This document shows, piece after piece, positions 1 to 9,649 of a DNA stretch of 64,000 nt. The stretch's first letter is position 1, and each line of letters begins with the position of its first letter. The notes below the pieces were generated by a model that was not told the origin of the DNA, searched no databases, and worked only from the letters and a program-made list of their open reading frames with translations. The position numbers and the translations under genes are program-made. This DNA comes from Candidatus Rhodoferax odensensis (GTDB taxonomy: Bacteria > Pseudomonadota > Gammaproteobacteria > Burkholderiales > Burkholderiaceae_C), in the NCBI GenBank assembly GCA_016718405.1, contig JADKDJ010000035.1, positions 39,972-103,971 on the forward strand, read 5' to 3'.

Positions 1-434
1 CGGCCAATGAAGCCCACCCGCTCCTGAATCGCGCGCAGCACGACGCCGACCGTGGCGGCAATGATGGCGTAGCCCAGAATGCTGCCAAGCTTCGAACTCG
101 CCACGCGCAGCCCGTCGCGCACCGTCGGCACGCCCCCGTCAAAACGAATCATCGCAGCACCAACCAGGGCGGCGTTGAAAAAGAAGATCACGAAGTACAG
201 GCTGACATAGAACAGGAAACCCACGAAGTAGGTGGCCATCGACACGGCCGAACCCCCTCGGTCCGACAAGCCGTCGATCGCACCCAGCCCCAACAGCGGC
301 AACGCGAAGGACGCCACCACAAGCAGGGCCGCGATGGCAGAGATCAGAGGAAACACCAGCAGTTGCTGGTCTTGCTTGAGTACGGCCCAACTGGCCTTGA
401 CCAGATGCCAACTGCGAGATAGACGATCGAACAT
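1..434 (-). CDS. multi-pass membrane protein, N-terminal part (DUF6159-like); continues beyond the window edge
   Basis: ATG at 434..432 opens an unbroken minus-strand frame down to position 1 (MFDRLSRSWHLVKASWAVLKQDQQLLVFPLISAIAALLVV...). It has several hydrophobic helices. It is absent from the ORF track because the window edge truncates it. The family name is from memory only. Confidence 0.55.
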   Translation of the reverse strand, partial: MFDRLSRSWHLVKASWAVLKQDQQLLVFPLISAIAALLVVASFALPLLGLGAIDGLSDRGGSAVSMATYFVGFLFYVSLYFVIFFFNAALVGAAMIRFDGGVPTVRDGLRVASSKLGSILGYAIIAATVGVVLRAIQERVGFIG

Positions 435-659
435 GGCTTTCCCCAAGAATGTGGTGAATGGAAACGAAACCGCCGACGCCTTGGTACGGTCACCGACGCG
501 AATGATACGGCCAGAAGGTCCGCGCGCCGACGTGACGCAGGGCCACACGCACGTTCGACGCGGCTCGCCGGCGAGAAACGCTCCAGCAAGGCCGGTACAC
601 TTGCCTCAAGCCTCGTGGCAGGCCCCGCCAAGGCAAACCGAACTCAGCAGCTCGCAGCC

Positions 660-1115
660 ATGAACCTCGAAGTCGACGACCTCTCCCGCCCCGCCATCCA
701 CGCCTTGCTCAATGAACACCTGCAAAGCATGTACGAGCTGTCGCCGCCCGAGAGCGTGCACGCCCTGGACCTTGAGAAACTCCGCAAACCCGAGATCACG
801 TTCTGGAGCGCCTGGGAAGGCCCGCTGTTGCTTGGCTGCGGCGCGCTCAAGGAACTGGACCCAACCCATGGCGAGGTGAAGTCCATGCGAACGCCCAACG
901 CCCACCGTCGCCGGGGAGCCGGCCGCGCCATCCTTTCCCATGTGATCGGAGTCGCGAAGTCGCGCGCTTATGAACGGCTGAGCCTGGAAACCGGCACCCA
1001 GGCAGCCTTCAAACCGGCTCACCGGCTCTACGAGAGTTTTGGTTTCAGCTACTGCGGACCGTTCGGCGACTATATTGAGGACCCAAACAGCGCGTTCATG
1101 ACCCTGCGGCTGTAG
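660..1115 (+). CDS. GNAT family N-acetyltransferase
   Basis: ORF 615..1115. I chose the internal ATG at 660 (MNLEVDDLSR...). An acetyl-CoA-binding type segment (HRRRGAGRAILSHV) and a C-terminal YESFGF match the GNAT fold. Confidence 0.85.
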   Translation: MNLEVDDLSRPAIHALLNEHLQSMYELSPPESVHALDLEKLRKPEITFWSAWEGPLLLGCGALKELDPTHGEVKSMRTPNAHRRRGAGRAILSHVIGVAKSRAYERLSLETGTQAAFKPAHRLYESFGFSYCGPFGDYIEDPNSAFMTLRL

Positions 1116-1342
1116 GCCAACGCGGCAGGGCACCTTGCCCGATATCAACCGCGCAGGCTTGAGTCCACCTCTTGAATCCGGCCCGACCCGACCCAAGATG
1201 CAGGCCAGTCGAGTGCCTCAAAGGCGCAGGAACAGACGCTTCGTCCGGCCAAGTGTCCGGCCAAGTGGACCTGGCCGACACGAGGGGATACATTACGGCT
1301 AAACGGGTTGCCGCAAACCACACGTATAACGGGAGACAACAA

Positions 1343-1993
1343 GTGGAACTCTGGACACTCTGGACACACACGCTTGATGCGGCGCTGTCGCTGCTGGCCA
1401 CCCATTTTGGCTTTTCCCAGGCGCTGACGATCATCGCGCTGACCGTGATTGTTCGCGCCGCCTTGCTGCCCCTGTCGCTCACGTCGGCCTACCGCGTGCA
1501 GCGAAACAAAGAGGCTATGGAGCGCATCAAGCCCAAGGTGGCGGAACTTCGCGAGGCACTCCAAAACAATCCGCGTGAACTGGCGACGCGAACGATGGCC
1601 CTCTATCAAGAAAACGGCATTGTTTTGATCGACAGGCTTTCGATCCTGAACTTGTTCTCGCAAGGTGTGTTTGGCATTGGCTTGTTCCAGTCGCTCCACA
1701 AGACGGTGTTCCACTCAAAGTTTCTATGGATTGCTGACCTTGGCAAACCAGACCTGTGGCTGACGGTGCTGGTCACCTCTCTCATGTTGGTAGGAATGGC
1801 CTTGATGCCGGGCGCCACGCACGACACCTCCATGCTCTTGATGCTGGCCATACCGGCGCTTGTGTCAGTCATTGCCGTGGCCGCGCTTCCGTCAGCGCTG
1901 GGCATTTACTGGGCCACGTCCAACGCAGTCACCGTGGTGCAGACGCTGGCCTTGCGTGCACTTCTCGCCAGACGCCGCAGCGTCGCGGCGTAA
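1343..1993 (+). CDS. short YidC/Oxa1-family membrane insertase paralog
   Basis: ORF 1172..1993. It shows the YidC core pattern (ALTIIALTVIVRAALLPLSL, QRNKEAMERIKPKVAELRE, MALYQENG, WIADLGKPD). The start is set at in-frame GTG 1343, 6 nt after GGGAGA, and is uncertain. Confidence 0.7.
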   Translation: MELWTLWTHTLDAALSLLATHFGFSQALTIIALTVIVRAALLPLSLTSAYRVQRNKEAMERIKPKVAELREALQNNPRELATRTMALYQENGIVLIDRLSILNLFSQGVFGIGLFQSLHKTVFHSKFLWIADLGKPDLWLTVLVTSLMLVGMALMPGATHDTSMLLMLAIPALVSVIAVAALPSALGIYWATSNAVTVVQTLALRALLARRRSVAA

Positions 1994-2041
1994 CCATTGG
2001 CCGCCCGCGTAGCACCGCACTTGTGCTGAGAGACCGCTGCC

Positions 2042-3301
2042 ATGACGCCGCCTCAACCCACTGGCTCCTCCACCAACCCGGAAGTGCTGCAGGCCATCGT
2101 CAAGGCTGGCGAGACCTATTCGATCATCGCCTCGCAAGACATCGTCGACGTGCGCGGCCTCAAGCTGTGGGCCAAGGGTCAACCGGTATCGGCGGCCTTG
2201 CAGCAGCGCCTGCTTGACCGCAAGTTGCAGCGTCCACTGGAGGCCTGCCTGGCGGTTGAGGACGGGGTGACTCTGTTTGGCCTGCACGATGATCTGCAGG
2301 CATTTCTGGGCAGCGACGCGCCGCTGGGCCTGGCGTTGCGACCCTGGGCGCCCGTGCTGTTTGCACAGGTCAAACAGTTGCCACTGCACTCGGTGGCACA
2401 ACTGCTATTGACCACGGCGCTGGCGACGCGGCCCGATACATTGCCTCACGCCGTGACGGCCATGGCGCTGGCCGGCGCCATGGCCAGCTCGCGAAACACC
2501 CTGGTCGACACCCGCCTGGCCATGCTGGGCGGATTGCTGCACGACATTGGCGAGGTCTACACCCAGCCGCAATACCTTGATTTTGTGGGTCCACTCGACC
2601 TGGTCGGGCACAAGCACCTGGTGGTGCACCCCCGACTGGCGCAAATGATGCTGAGCAGCATCACCGACTACCCCGAGGCACTGTGCCGCGCCATCGGCGA
2701 ACACCACGAGCGCCACGACGGCTCGGGCTACCCAGCACGGTTGACACAGCCCAGCTGCTCCAATTTAGGGTCCCTGCTGGCCGTTGTGGAGGCAACTGCC
2801 GGCATTTCGCGCAAAGCGCATGCACCACTGACCCGTGCCGGCTTTGCGCTACGGGTGGTGCCGGGCGAGTTCGACCCAACATGGGCCAGCTTTGTGTGCA
2901 ACCTCGCGCGTGGCGTGGAGGACCTGCCCGACAGTGACGCACAAGGGCAGGTTGGCCCGAGTTCGCCATTGGCCCAGATTGGCCAACGTATCGAGCAAAC
3001 CCACCAGCTGAAGGCAACGCTGCAGGGACAGGGCCGCGCTGGGCCGATACTGGAAATCGTGGAGACTGCGCTCGCGCGCCTGAACCGTTTGCAAGTCGCG
3101 TGGAATGCCCTGGGGTTCTGGGGCGTCGCGCCAGAGGAGCTCAGCGCGTCAGAGCGCTTCGAACTGGCCCTGGCAAACCGCGAACTGCAGCAGCGCCTAA
3201 GCCAGCTTCAACGCGAATGCCTGCTGCTGTCCGAGCGTCTAGGTCAACTCGAGAAGACTTGGATTGAGCCCCTGTGGCGCGGCGTGTTGCTTGAGCGTTG
3301 A
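2042..3301 (+). CDS. HD-GYP domain c-di-GMP phosphodiesterase-like protein
   Basis: 419-aa ORF with LLHDIGE and HHERHDGSGYP motifs. Confidence 0.85.
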   Translation: MTPPQPTGSSTNPEVLQAIVKAGETYSIIASQDIVDVRGLKLWAKGQPVSAALQQRLLDRKLQRPLEACLAVEDGVTLFGLHDDLQAFLGSDAPLGLALRPWAPVLFAQVKQLPLHSVAQLLLTTALATRPDTLPHAVTAMALAGAMASSRNTLVDTRLAMLGGLLHDIGEVYTQPQYLDFVGPLDLVGHKHLVVHPRLAQMMLSSITDYPEALCRAIGEHHERHDGSGYPARLTQPSCSNLGSLLAVVEATAGISRKAHAPLTRAGFALRVVPGEFDPTWASFVCNLARGVEDLPDSDAQGQVGPSSPLAQIGQRIEQTHQLKATLQGQGRAGPILEIVETALARLNRLQVAWNALGFWGVAPEELSASERFELALANRELQQRLSQLQRECLLLSERLGQLEKTWIEPLWRGVLLER

Positions 3302-3364
3302 GGACTGGCCAAGCCGTGCCGCAGCATGGCACGCAACGTGGCACGCCCGGGGACCAACGCTTGC

Positions 3365-3580
3365 TCAGTAGTGCGGCGGCAACTCGTCGCGCAAATTGCG
3401 CCCAACGCCGTCGCCGCCCGCCTGGGGCGCACGCGATTCGGCGACCTGGCCAATCAGCATGTCGATTTGTCGCTGCTGGCGCACGATGATCTGCTCAAGC
3501 TGGTCAACCAGATCCTCGGCAAAGCTGGCCTTGACTTCAAGATCGGTCAAGCGCTTGTTGATACTGTCGTGATCGGACAT
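3365..3580 (-). CDS. slyX: SlyX family protein
   Basis: 71-aa coiled-coil ORF (INKRLTDLEVKASFAEDLVDQLEQIIVRQQRQID) typical of SlyX. Confidence 0.8.
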   Translation of the reverse strand: MSDHDSINKRLTDLEVKASFAEDLVDQLEQIIVRQQRQIDMLIGQVAESRAPQAGGDGVGRNLRDELPPHY

Positions 3581-3587
3581 CGATTAT

Positions 3588-4835
3588 TCATCCGTGGTTG
3601 GCTGCGGCAAGTGCGTGACGACGGTGACGCCGAAAGTGGACCACCGCCAAACAAAGCGAAGCAAGCTGCAGCAGCGAGCAGAAGTAGAACGGCGCGCCAA
3701 TGCGCCAGTCCCCTTTAGGATAGTGCGACACCAGCGCCAGCAGGGGCGCCGCCAGCATCGGTGCCAACACCGCCATCAAACTGTTGAGCGAGCTCACGGC
3801 CCCCATGGTCTGGCCCTGGCTGCGGCTGTCCGCAGCGGATGAGATCAGGCTTTGCACCGAGGCAGTAACCGTGACGCCAAAGACGTTGCAGGCGATGATG
3901 GCAAACATCATCCAACCCTGCGTGGCCGCTCCCCACAGCGCATAGGACAGTGCCGACGAAACCAAGCCCATGATGGCCAGGCGCTGCGGCGAAAAGAACT
4001 TGAGCAAACGCCCGAGCAGAAAGCCCTGCACGGTGACCGAGACGATGCCGACCACGGCCAACGACCAGCCGTTCTCCATCGGCCCCCAGCCAAACTTGAA
4101 GGTGGTGTAGAGCACCCAACTGGTGTACAGGATGAATTGCGCCAAGCCGCTGAAGGCCACCACGCCCACCAGTGGCCCGACCCCTTTGAGTTGCGCCAGC
4201 GCGCGCAAGGCGGTGACCGGATGCGCCGCGCGCCAGGCAAAGGGCTTGCGCTGCGCCAGCGCCAGCGATTCCGGCAGCACAAAGTAGCCATAAAGCAGGT
4301 TCGCGATGGCCAGCGCGCCCGCCACGAAAAACGGCAGGTGCAGGTCGATGGCGCCGAGCAGCCCGCCCATCACCGGCCCGATGATGAAGCCCAGTCCCAT
4401 CATCGCACCCAGCAAACCAAATCGCTTGGCGCGCTGCTCGGGGGCGGTGATATCGGCCACATAGGCATTGGCAATCGCGGCGTTGGCCTGCATCGCGCCC
4501 GCCACCACCCGCACCGCCACAAGCACCCACAGGGCCGTGGCCATGGCAGTGCCAAAGAAGCTCACGCCAAGACCCAGAAAACCCAGCAGCAGCACGGGTC
4601 GGCGGCCGTGGTGGTCGGCCAGGGCACCCAGCAGCGGCGAGGCCAGGAAGTTGGCTATGCCAAAAGAAAACGCCACCACGCCGTACCAATAGGCCTGCTC
4701 CGACTGGGAACTGGAAAAGCTGCCGACCAGCGCTGGCAGCACCGGAATGATCAGCCCGATGGCGACCATGTCGATCAACACGGTCAGCATGATGAAGGGC
4801 ATCGCGGCTTCGCGCGAACGCAGAGTCTTGAGCAT
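3588..4835 (-). CDS. MFS transporter (TCR/Tet-like family)
   Basis: 415-aa ORF with about 12 hydrophobic helices. The MFS loop motif GALADHHGRRPVLL lies between TM2 and TM3. Confidence 0.9.
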   Translation of the reverse strand: MLKTLRSREAAMPFIMLTVLIDMVAIGLIIPVLPALVGSFSSSQSEQAYWYGVVAFSFGIANFLASPLLGALADHHGRRPVLLLGFLGLGVSFFGTAMATALWVLVAVRVVAGAMQANAAIANAYVADITAPEQRAKRFGLLGAMMGLGFIIGPVMGGLLGAIDLHLPFFVAGALAIANLLYGYFVLPESLALAQRKPFAWRAAHPVTALRALAQLKGVGPLVGVVAFSGLAQFILYTSWVLYTTFKFGWGPMENGWSLAVVGIVSVTVQGFLLGRLLKFFSPQRLAIMGLVSSALSYALWGAATQGWMMFAIIACNVFGVTVTASVQSLISSAADSRSQGQTMGAVSSLNSLMAVLAPMLAAPLLALVSHYPKGDWRIGAPFYFCSLLQLASLCLAVVHFRRHRRHALAAANHG

Positions 4836-4880
4836 CGGTGGTGTGCGCGAGTTGGTCAGCTCAGGTCGAACCGGTCGGCG

Positions 4881-6482
4881 CTACTGAACTGGCACCGCGT
4901 AGCCGCTCGAGTCCGTGAAAACGACCTGCCCGTCCGAATCTACCCGAAAGACTCCCGCTCGGTAGTCGCGACGCAGTGCGGCCACCAGTCGACCGAACGC
5001 TATGTCGACCGTGCCGGACACCGCCACGCCGACTTGTACGCTCGCGCTGCGACCCAGGGCGATTTGCTGGTCGAGTTCATCCAGCTCAGCCAGCGATCGT
5101 CCGTGAACCGCGGCGGTCTGCTCGCGCGACGCTTTGGCGCGCTCCAACACCCCCTTTGGATCGCCGGCCGCCGTCAGGTGTGCCACCAGTTTTTTCAGGC
5201 TGGCGTGCGCCGCGTCTTCCTTCTCAATGCGCTCCTGCAATGCCTTGCGCTTGGACTGCAGTACTGGGTTGGCGCCCATCACCACCCGGGTTACGCCGCT
5301 CGTGGCCGAACCCAGCAGCGGCACCTTCAGCAGCATCATGGCCGTCGCCACACCACCGATCAGGCGCCCACGCTGCGGTGATGCATCACCCACGATGATC
5401 TGGTTAAGCGACTGCAGCTCGCAGTCCAGCGCCATGTCACGAATCACGATGGTCGTGCCAGCGTGGATCTGCACCGCCTCGGCGAACCGTGCCGTCACCG
5501 ATCCGGCGGCGCACAGTCTGGCGCGCCCTACCACCCCGCCCGTCACGGTGATGTTGCCGCCAGCCTCCAGCACACCACCGTCAACCATGCCACCTACTTG
5601 GATGTCGCCCGTGGCCTGCACCATCATGCCGTGACCGACCTCACCGTCGACCTGCACGGTGCCGTCATAGTGGATGTTGCCGCTGGCCATGTTGACTTCC
5701 GGCACGCGCAAAACCGGCTCCACCATCACGCCGCACGGCACCCGCACCGGTTGTCCGGTCAGGCTTGCCTGCAACAAGTTGGGGTCATTGGCGGCGACTT
5801 CGGCACCGGCGAGCTGCGCCGTAAACGGCAAGTCCATACCCGCACGCGCCGGCAAAACCTTGCCGCGCACGCAGTAGCCGTCAACGCCAGCGGTGGCAGG
5901 CTTACGGCGCATCAAGGGTGCACCAGTCTTCACCACCACGATGGTGCCGCGCTCGCGGTAATCAATCAGCCCGTGTTCGTCAACCCTGGGGGTGCGGTCC
6001 TGCTGGACCGAAGTCAACTCCTCAAACTCCGCATCCTGCCCGTGCTCTGGCGGCAAACCGCGCGCCACCACAACGCCATTGCACGCGCCTTGCTCGCACA
6101 CCGAAGCGACAGCCGCGTAGTCGACACCCTGCGTCACACCGGCTGCGGCCAAAGCCCGCAGCACCGCCGCTGGCGTGGCAGCCTCGCCGCCACGAGCGGC
6201 GGCGATACTCAACGCGGCGCTCATGTCATCGGGCGCAATTTGTACCTGAAACGCTGCATCACAGCGCTGCGCGACCAGCAGCACAAACGGTTTTTGACTT
6301 GTGTGGGCGTCACGCGCCGCCTGGTCGATCGCCTCGGTATGCATCAGGCAGTTGCCGTACCCTTGCTCAAGCAGCCAAGCCAGCAGGGTCACGCTTTCCA
6401 GCGGCGCACGGTCCTGCACAACCTGGACGGTCAGAAAGACCTGGCCGTCGGCTTCATTCAAGGCAATCCCGGACAAGTCCAT
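4881..6482 (-). CDS. FapA/DUF342 family protein
   Basis: ORF 4881..6584. The likely start is ATG 6482 (MDLSGIALNE...). A glycine-rich beta-helix repeat region (GNIHYDGTVQVDGEVGHGMMVQATGDIQVGGMVDGGVLEAGGNITVTGGVVG) is characteristic of DUF342. Confidence 0.8.
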   Translation of the reverse strand: MDLSGIALNEADGQVFLTVQVVQDRAPLESVTLLAWLLEQGYGNCLMHTEAIDQAARDAHTSQKPFVLLVAQRCDAAFQVQIAPDDMSAALSIAAARGGEAATPAAVLRALAAAGVTQGVDYAAVASVCEQGACNGVVVARGLPPEHGQDAEFEELTSVQQDRTPRVDEHGLIDYRERGTIVVVKTGAPLMRRKPATAGVDGYCVRGKVLPARAGMDLPFTAQLAGAEVAANDPNLLQASLTGQPVRVPCGVMVEPVLRVPEVNMASGNIHYDGTVQVDGEVGHGMMVQATGDIQVGGMVDGGVLEAGGNITVTGGVVGRARLCAAGSVTARFAEAVQIHAGTTIVIRDMALDCELQSLNQIIVGDASPQRGRLIGGVATAMMLLKVPLLGSATSGVTRVVMGANPVLQSKRKALQERIEKEDAAHASLKKLVAHLTAAGDPKGVLERAKASREQTAAVHGRSLAELDELDQQIALGRSASVQVGVAVSGTVDIAFGRLVAALRRDYRAGVFRVDSDGQVVFTDSSGYAVPVQ

Positions 6483-6617
6483 GCGCACCGTCTCCGTCCA
6501 AACGCGTTTGCTACGATGTTTATAGCTTATAGCAGCGATTGCACCAAGCGCCCAGGCTGGATGTGGGAATGACGCAGACGCCAACTCAGACAGATTGGCA
6601 ATCTACCAGGCAGCACC

Positions 6618-7883
6618 TCACCTGAAAACCCAAAAAGCCGCAGCCGCTACCAGCGTGGGCGGCAGAGCTGCCACCAGCAATCCCAGCGGGTGAACGACGC
6701 CCTCATGGAAATGCGGACGCAGAATGGCAATGCCCGCTGGATTGGGCGCATTGGCGATGATGGTCAGGCCACCACCGGTCACTGCTCCGGCCACCAGCGC
6801 ATATTTGAAACTTTCACTCAAGCCCTCCACCAGCGAACCCAGGTAGGTCAATGCCGCGTTGTCGGTGAAAGCGGTCAGAACAATCGCGCCCACAAACACC
6901 ACATCGCTGCTCATGCGCATCAACAGCGGCTGCAGCCACCACTGCTGCTGACCGCCCAGCACCACCAGCCCGGCCAGGAAGAACGCCACCAGCAAGCCCT
7001 CTTTCAAAATCAGCCGGTCCTGGTGGTGTTCATAGGCGTGGGTGATGCCCAAGAAGAACAAGAACAGCCCCATGAAGATGGGCGGATGGTGCGCAAACAC
7101 GACCACCCCTACCAAGAACGCCAGGTGCACGGCCACCAGCGAGAAGGGAACCAGCGGCGTGGCAGTTTCAGCACCACCATGCAGGGGTAATGCCGCCAGC
7201 TCCTTGCGAAACACCACCGACACGCCCACCGCATTCACCACCACGGCAATGGCTGCCTTCCAGCCAAAGGTGACGGCCATGAAGGCGGTGTCCCAGCCCC
7301 ACTGCGCGGCCACCATCAGCACCGGCGGCGCGGCAAACGAGGTGAGCGTGCCGCCAATCGAGATATTCACAAACAGCGCGCCCAGGGTGGCGTACTTGAG
7401 TCGGGTGGAGAGGTTTCTGGCAAAGAAGCGGCCACCCAGAATCAGTGCAGCCAGTGTCATGGCGGCGGGCTCGGTGATAAACGATCCCATCAGCGGGACC
7501 AGCACCATCACCACCAGGTAATAGCCCAGGCTACCCTGCAGAGGCACGGCGCGCGCCAGCCATTGCACCAAGGCCAATGCCGCCTGCAAAATGGGCCGCG
7601 TGGCAGCAATCACCATCACCGCAAACACAAACATGGGCTCGGTGTAGTTGCGATTGTCGATGTAGTCCACTGCCGCCTGAGTACCCAGCATGGCCACCAT
7701 GGCAATGGCCAGCACCAACGCCCAGAAGCCAAACACCACCTCCACCTCGCCCAGCCAGTGCCACAGGCCGGCGTGGCGAGGCTGCAGGTGTGCCAGGTGC
7801 TCGAAGTATTTGGTCGAGAACGTGTGGACTATGGCCAGCGCAAACAAAAAGGCGCAAACCAGTTGAAACGAGGTCATGGACAC
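6618..7883 (-). CDS. putative Na+/H+ antiporter family membrane protein (Na_H_antiport_2-like)
   Basis: 421-aa polytopic ORF. The N-terminus (FALAIVHTFSTKYFEHLAH...LGEVEVVFGFWALVL) resembles that family as I remember it. It overlaps the upstream MscS gene by 10 nt. Confidence 0.65.
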   Translation of the reverse strand: MSMTSFQLVCAFLFALAIVHTFSTKYFEHLAHLQPRHAGLWHWLGEVEVVFGFWALVLAIAMVAMLGTQAAVDYIDNRNYTEPMFVFAVMVIAATRPILQAALALVQWLARAVPLQGSLGYYLVVMVLVPLMGSFITEPAAMTLAALILGGRFFARNLSTRLKYATLGALFVNISIGGTLTSFAAPPVLMVAAQWGWDTAFMAVTFGWKAAIAVVVNAVGVSVVFRKELAALPLHGGAETATPLVPFSLVAVHLAFLVGVVVFAHHPPIFMGLFLFFLGITHAYEHHQDRLILKEGLLVAFFLAGLVVLGGQQQWWLQPLLMRMSSDVVFVGAIVLTAFTDNAALTYLGSLVEGLSESFKYALVAGAVTGGGLTIIANAPNPAGIAILRPHFHEGVVHPLGLLVAALPPTLVAAAAFWVFR

Positions 7884-9538
7884 CGCACTTTATTTACAGG
7901 CTCATTCGTGGACTTGTCAGCGGGCGCGCGGAACCACTTGTCGGGTGGCACCAGCTTGGCTTGTTTGGGATCTTCAACATACTGTGGCGACATGATCTGC
8001 ACCCCGTAGGTGTTGAAGACATCCTGGATGCTGGCGTGCAGCGCACTGAGCAGCAAGGCGCGGGGCCGTGGTTCCGTGGGAGTGGCGTGGCACACCAGGC
8101 GGTATACCGGGTACCAGTCGTTCAACGCAGCCTGAAATACCTGCGGGGCGGTGTCCTTCGAGATGCCTTCGGTTCTGGTGGCCGCCTCGACCAGCATGGC
8201 GTGCACCTGGCGCCAGGGGGTGTCGTAGCCAATAGTGACCGTGGTGTCGAGCACAAAGCCTGCGCCCGGCACCGTGCGGGAATAGTTCGTGGTAGTGGCG
8301 CCCAGAATGCTGGCATTGGAGATGGTGATCTCTTCCCCCAGTCCGGTGCGGATGCGCGTAGTGAAGATGCCCATCTCGGTGACCGTGCCTTCATGCTCCG
8401 ACAGGCGCACGTATTCGCCTTTGCGAAAAACCCGTCCATAGGTCAGGATCAGCCCGCTGGCCGCCTGACCCACCAGGCTGGAGGCCCCCATGGAAAGCAT
8501 CAGGCCCACCAAAACCGACAGACCCTTGAAGGCTTCGGTGTCGGATCCCGGTAAATAGGGGTAAGCCATGGCCAATGCAAACAGCCACACTACCACCTTG
8601 GCAATGCGCCGCGTCGGAACGATCACATCTGCATCGAGCCAAGGCAACTGCAACATACCGCTGTGCGCCCTGGCGAAGAATTGCCCCAAAGCCTGAGTGA
8701 TCAAGAAGGCCAGGTAAAAGATCAACATCGCAGTCAGCAGTTCGGGCACAGCCGCTGTAGCCGCCGTGAGGACTGGCAGGGCCAGGCTCAATAGGTAGCT
8801 GTTGAGCGACTCCCCCCAGGCGCGCGTGTACGGAAATCCACGCAGCACAAAGCTCACCCACTCCAGGGTCAACAGCAATAGCATCACGCGGTACACCAAT
8901 GTCAGCGCCAGTTGAACGAGCCGGGCCATTCGATCCCGGCGCATCAGGGCCACGCCACCCACACGAAGTTTGGGCGTGTGCCGGTGCGACAGATCCACCA
9001 ACCGACTTGCCAGCGCTTGGCGGGCGTGAGCGGCCAGCCAGATCAGCACACCATACAAAGCGGTTCCCGCCAATGCCAGCGCCAGTGCACGGGTCAGTGC
9101 CTCCAGACTGCGGCTCTCCGCGCTTTCAACAATCACCAAGTTCAGGGCCGAGACAGCACGCCGTGCCGCCTGCTCCAGACTCTCTTCGCTGGCAGGATTC
9201 AGGTCCGCCGACGTGACCACGAAGCTGGTGGCGCCATTGATCTGAATCTCAATACCGAGGGGGCCGGTCTTCAGACTAACGAGGTGTGGGCCTGGCAACG
9301 CCAACTGGTCGTGGATGCGAGCGTGGGCGCGCGTAGCTCGGTCACGCGCCGACACCCCCAGCAGCGAACCACGAAAGCCAAAAACCGGCCGGCTGAAAAA
9401 GTTCAGCTTCTCAGCAGCCTGCGGCTGCACCAACACCGCCTTCGGGGCACCCGCAGCCGGTTCACCCGCGGTTTGCGCCCATGCCGCGGCACCTAGCTGA
9501 GCGAGAACGAAAGCAATGGCGACGAAGTGGTGACGCAT
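7874..9538 (-). CDS. mechanosensitive ion channel (MscS family) protein with signal peptide
   Basis: ORF 7874..9625. The start is set at ATG 9538 (MRHHFVAIAFVLAQLGAAAWA). The MscS beta-domain pattern is present (GEYVRLSEHEGTVTEMGIFTTRIRTGLGEEITISNASI). Confidence 0.85.
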   Translation of the reverse strand: MRHHFVAIAFVLAQLGAAAWAQTAGEPAAGAPKAVLVQPQAAEKLNFFSRPVFGFRGSLLGVSARDRATRAHARIHDQLALPGPHLVSLKTGPLGIEIQINGATSFVVTSADLNPASEESLEQAARRAVSALNLVIVESAESRSLEALTRALALALAGTALYGVLIWLAAHARQALASRLVDLSHRHTPKLRVGGVALMRRDRMARLVQLALTLVYRVMLLLLTLEWVSFVLRGFPYTRAWGESLNSYLLSLALPVLTAATAAVPELLTAMLIFYLAFLITQALGQFFARAHSGMLQLPWLDADVIVPTRRIAKVVVWLFALAMAYPYLPGSDTEAFKGLSVLVGLMLSMGASSLVGQAASGLILTYGRVFRKGEYVRLSEHEGTVTEMGIFTTRIRTGLGEEITISNASILGATTTNYSRTVPGAGFVLDTTVTIGYDTPWRQVHAMLVEAATRTEGISKDTAPQVFQAALNDWYPVYRLVCHATPTEPRPRALLLSALHASIQDVFNTYGVQIMSPQYVEDPKQAKLVPPDKWFRAPADKSTNEPVNKVRCP

Positions 9539-9649
9539 GCCAACATTGTTACCCAATCGACACAAGCGCATTTGGGCTGTGGGCAAGCCGCAACGGTCAA
9601 CAGTCTGCCCAGCATTCGCAATCAACCGCGGCCGCAGTGTGTCTGCGCA

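Noticed and set aside
3852-5381. 509-aa + strand ORF spanning the MFS and FapA genes.
   Set aside because: It is antisense to two well-supported genes. Its composition is dominated by Arg/His/Gln/Gly with no motif. This is the typical shadow ORF of high-GC DNA.
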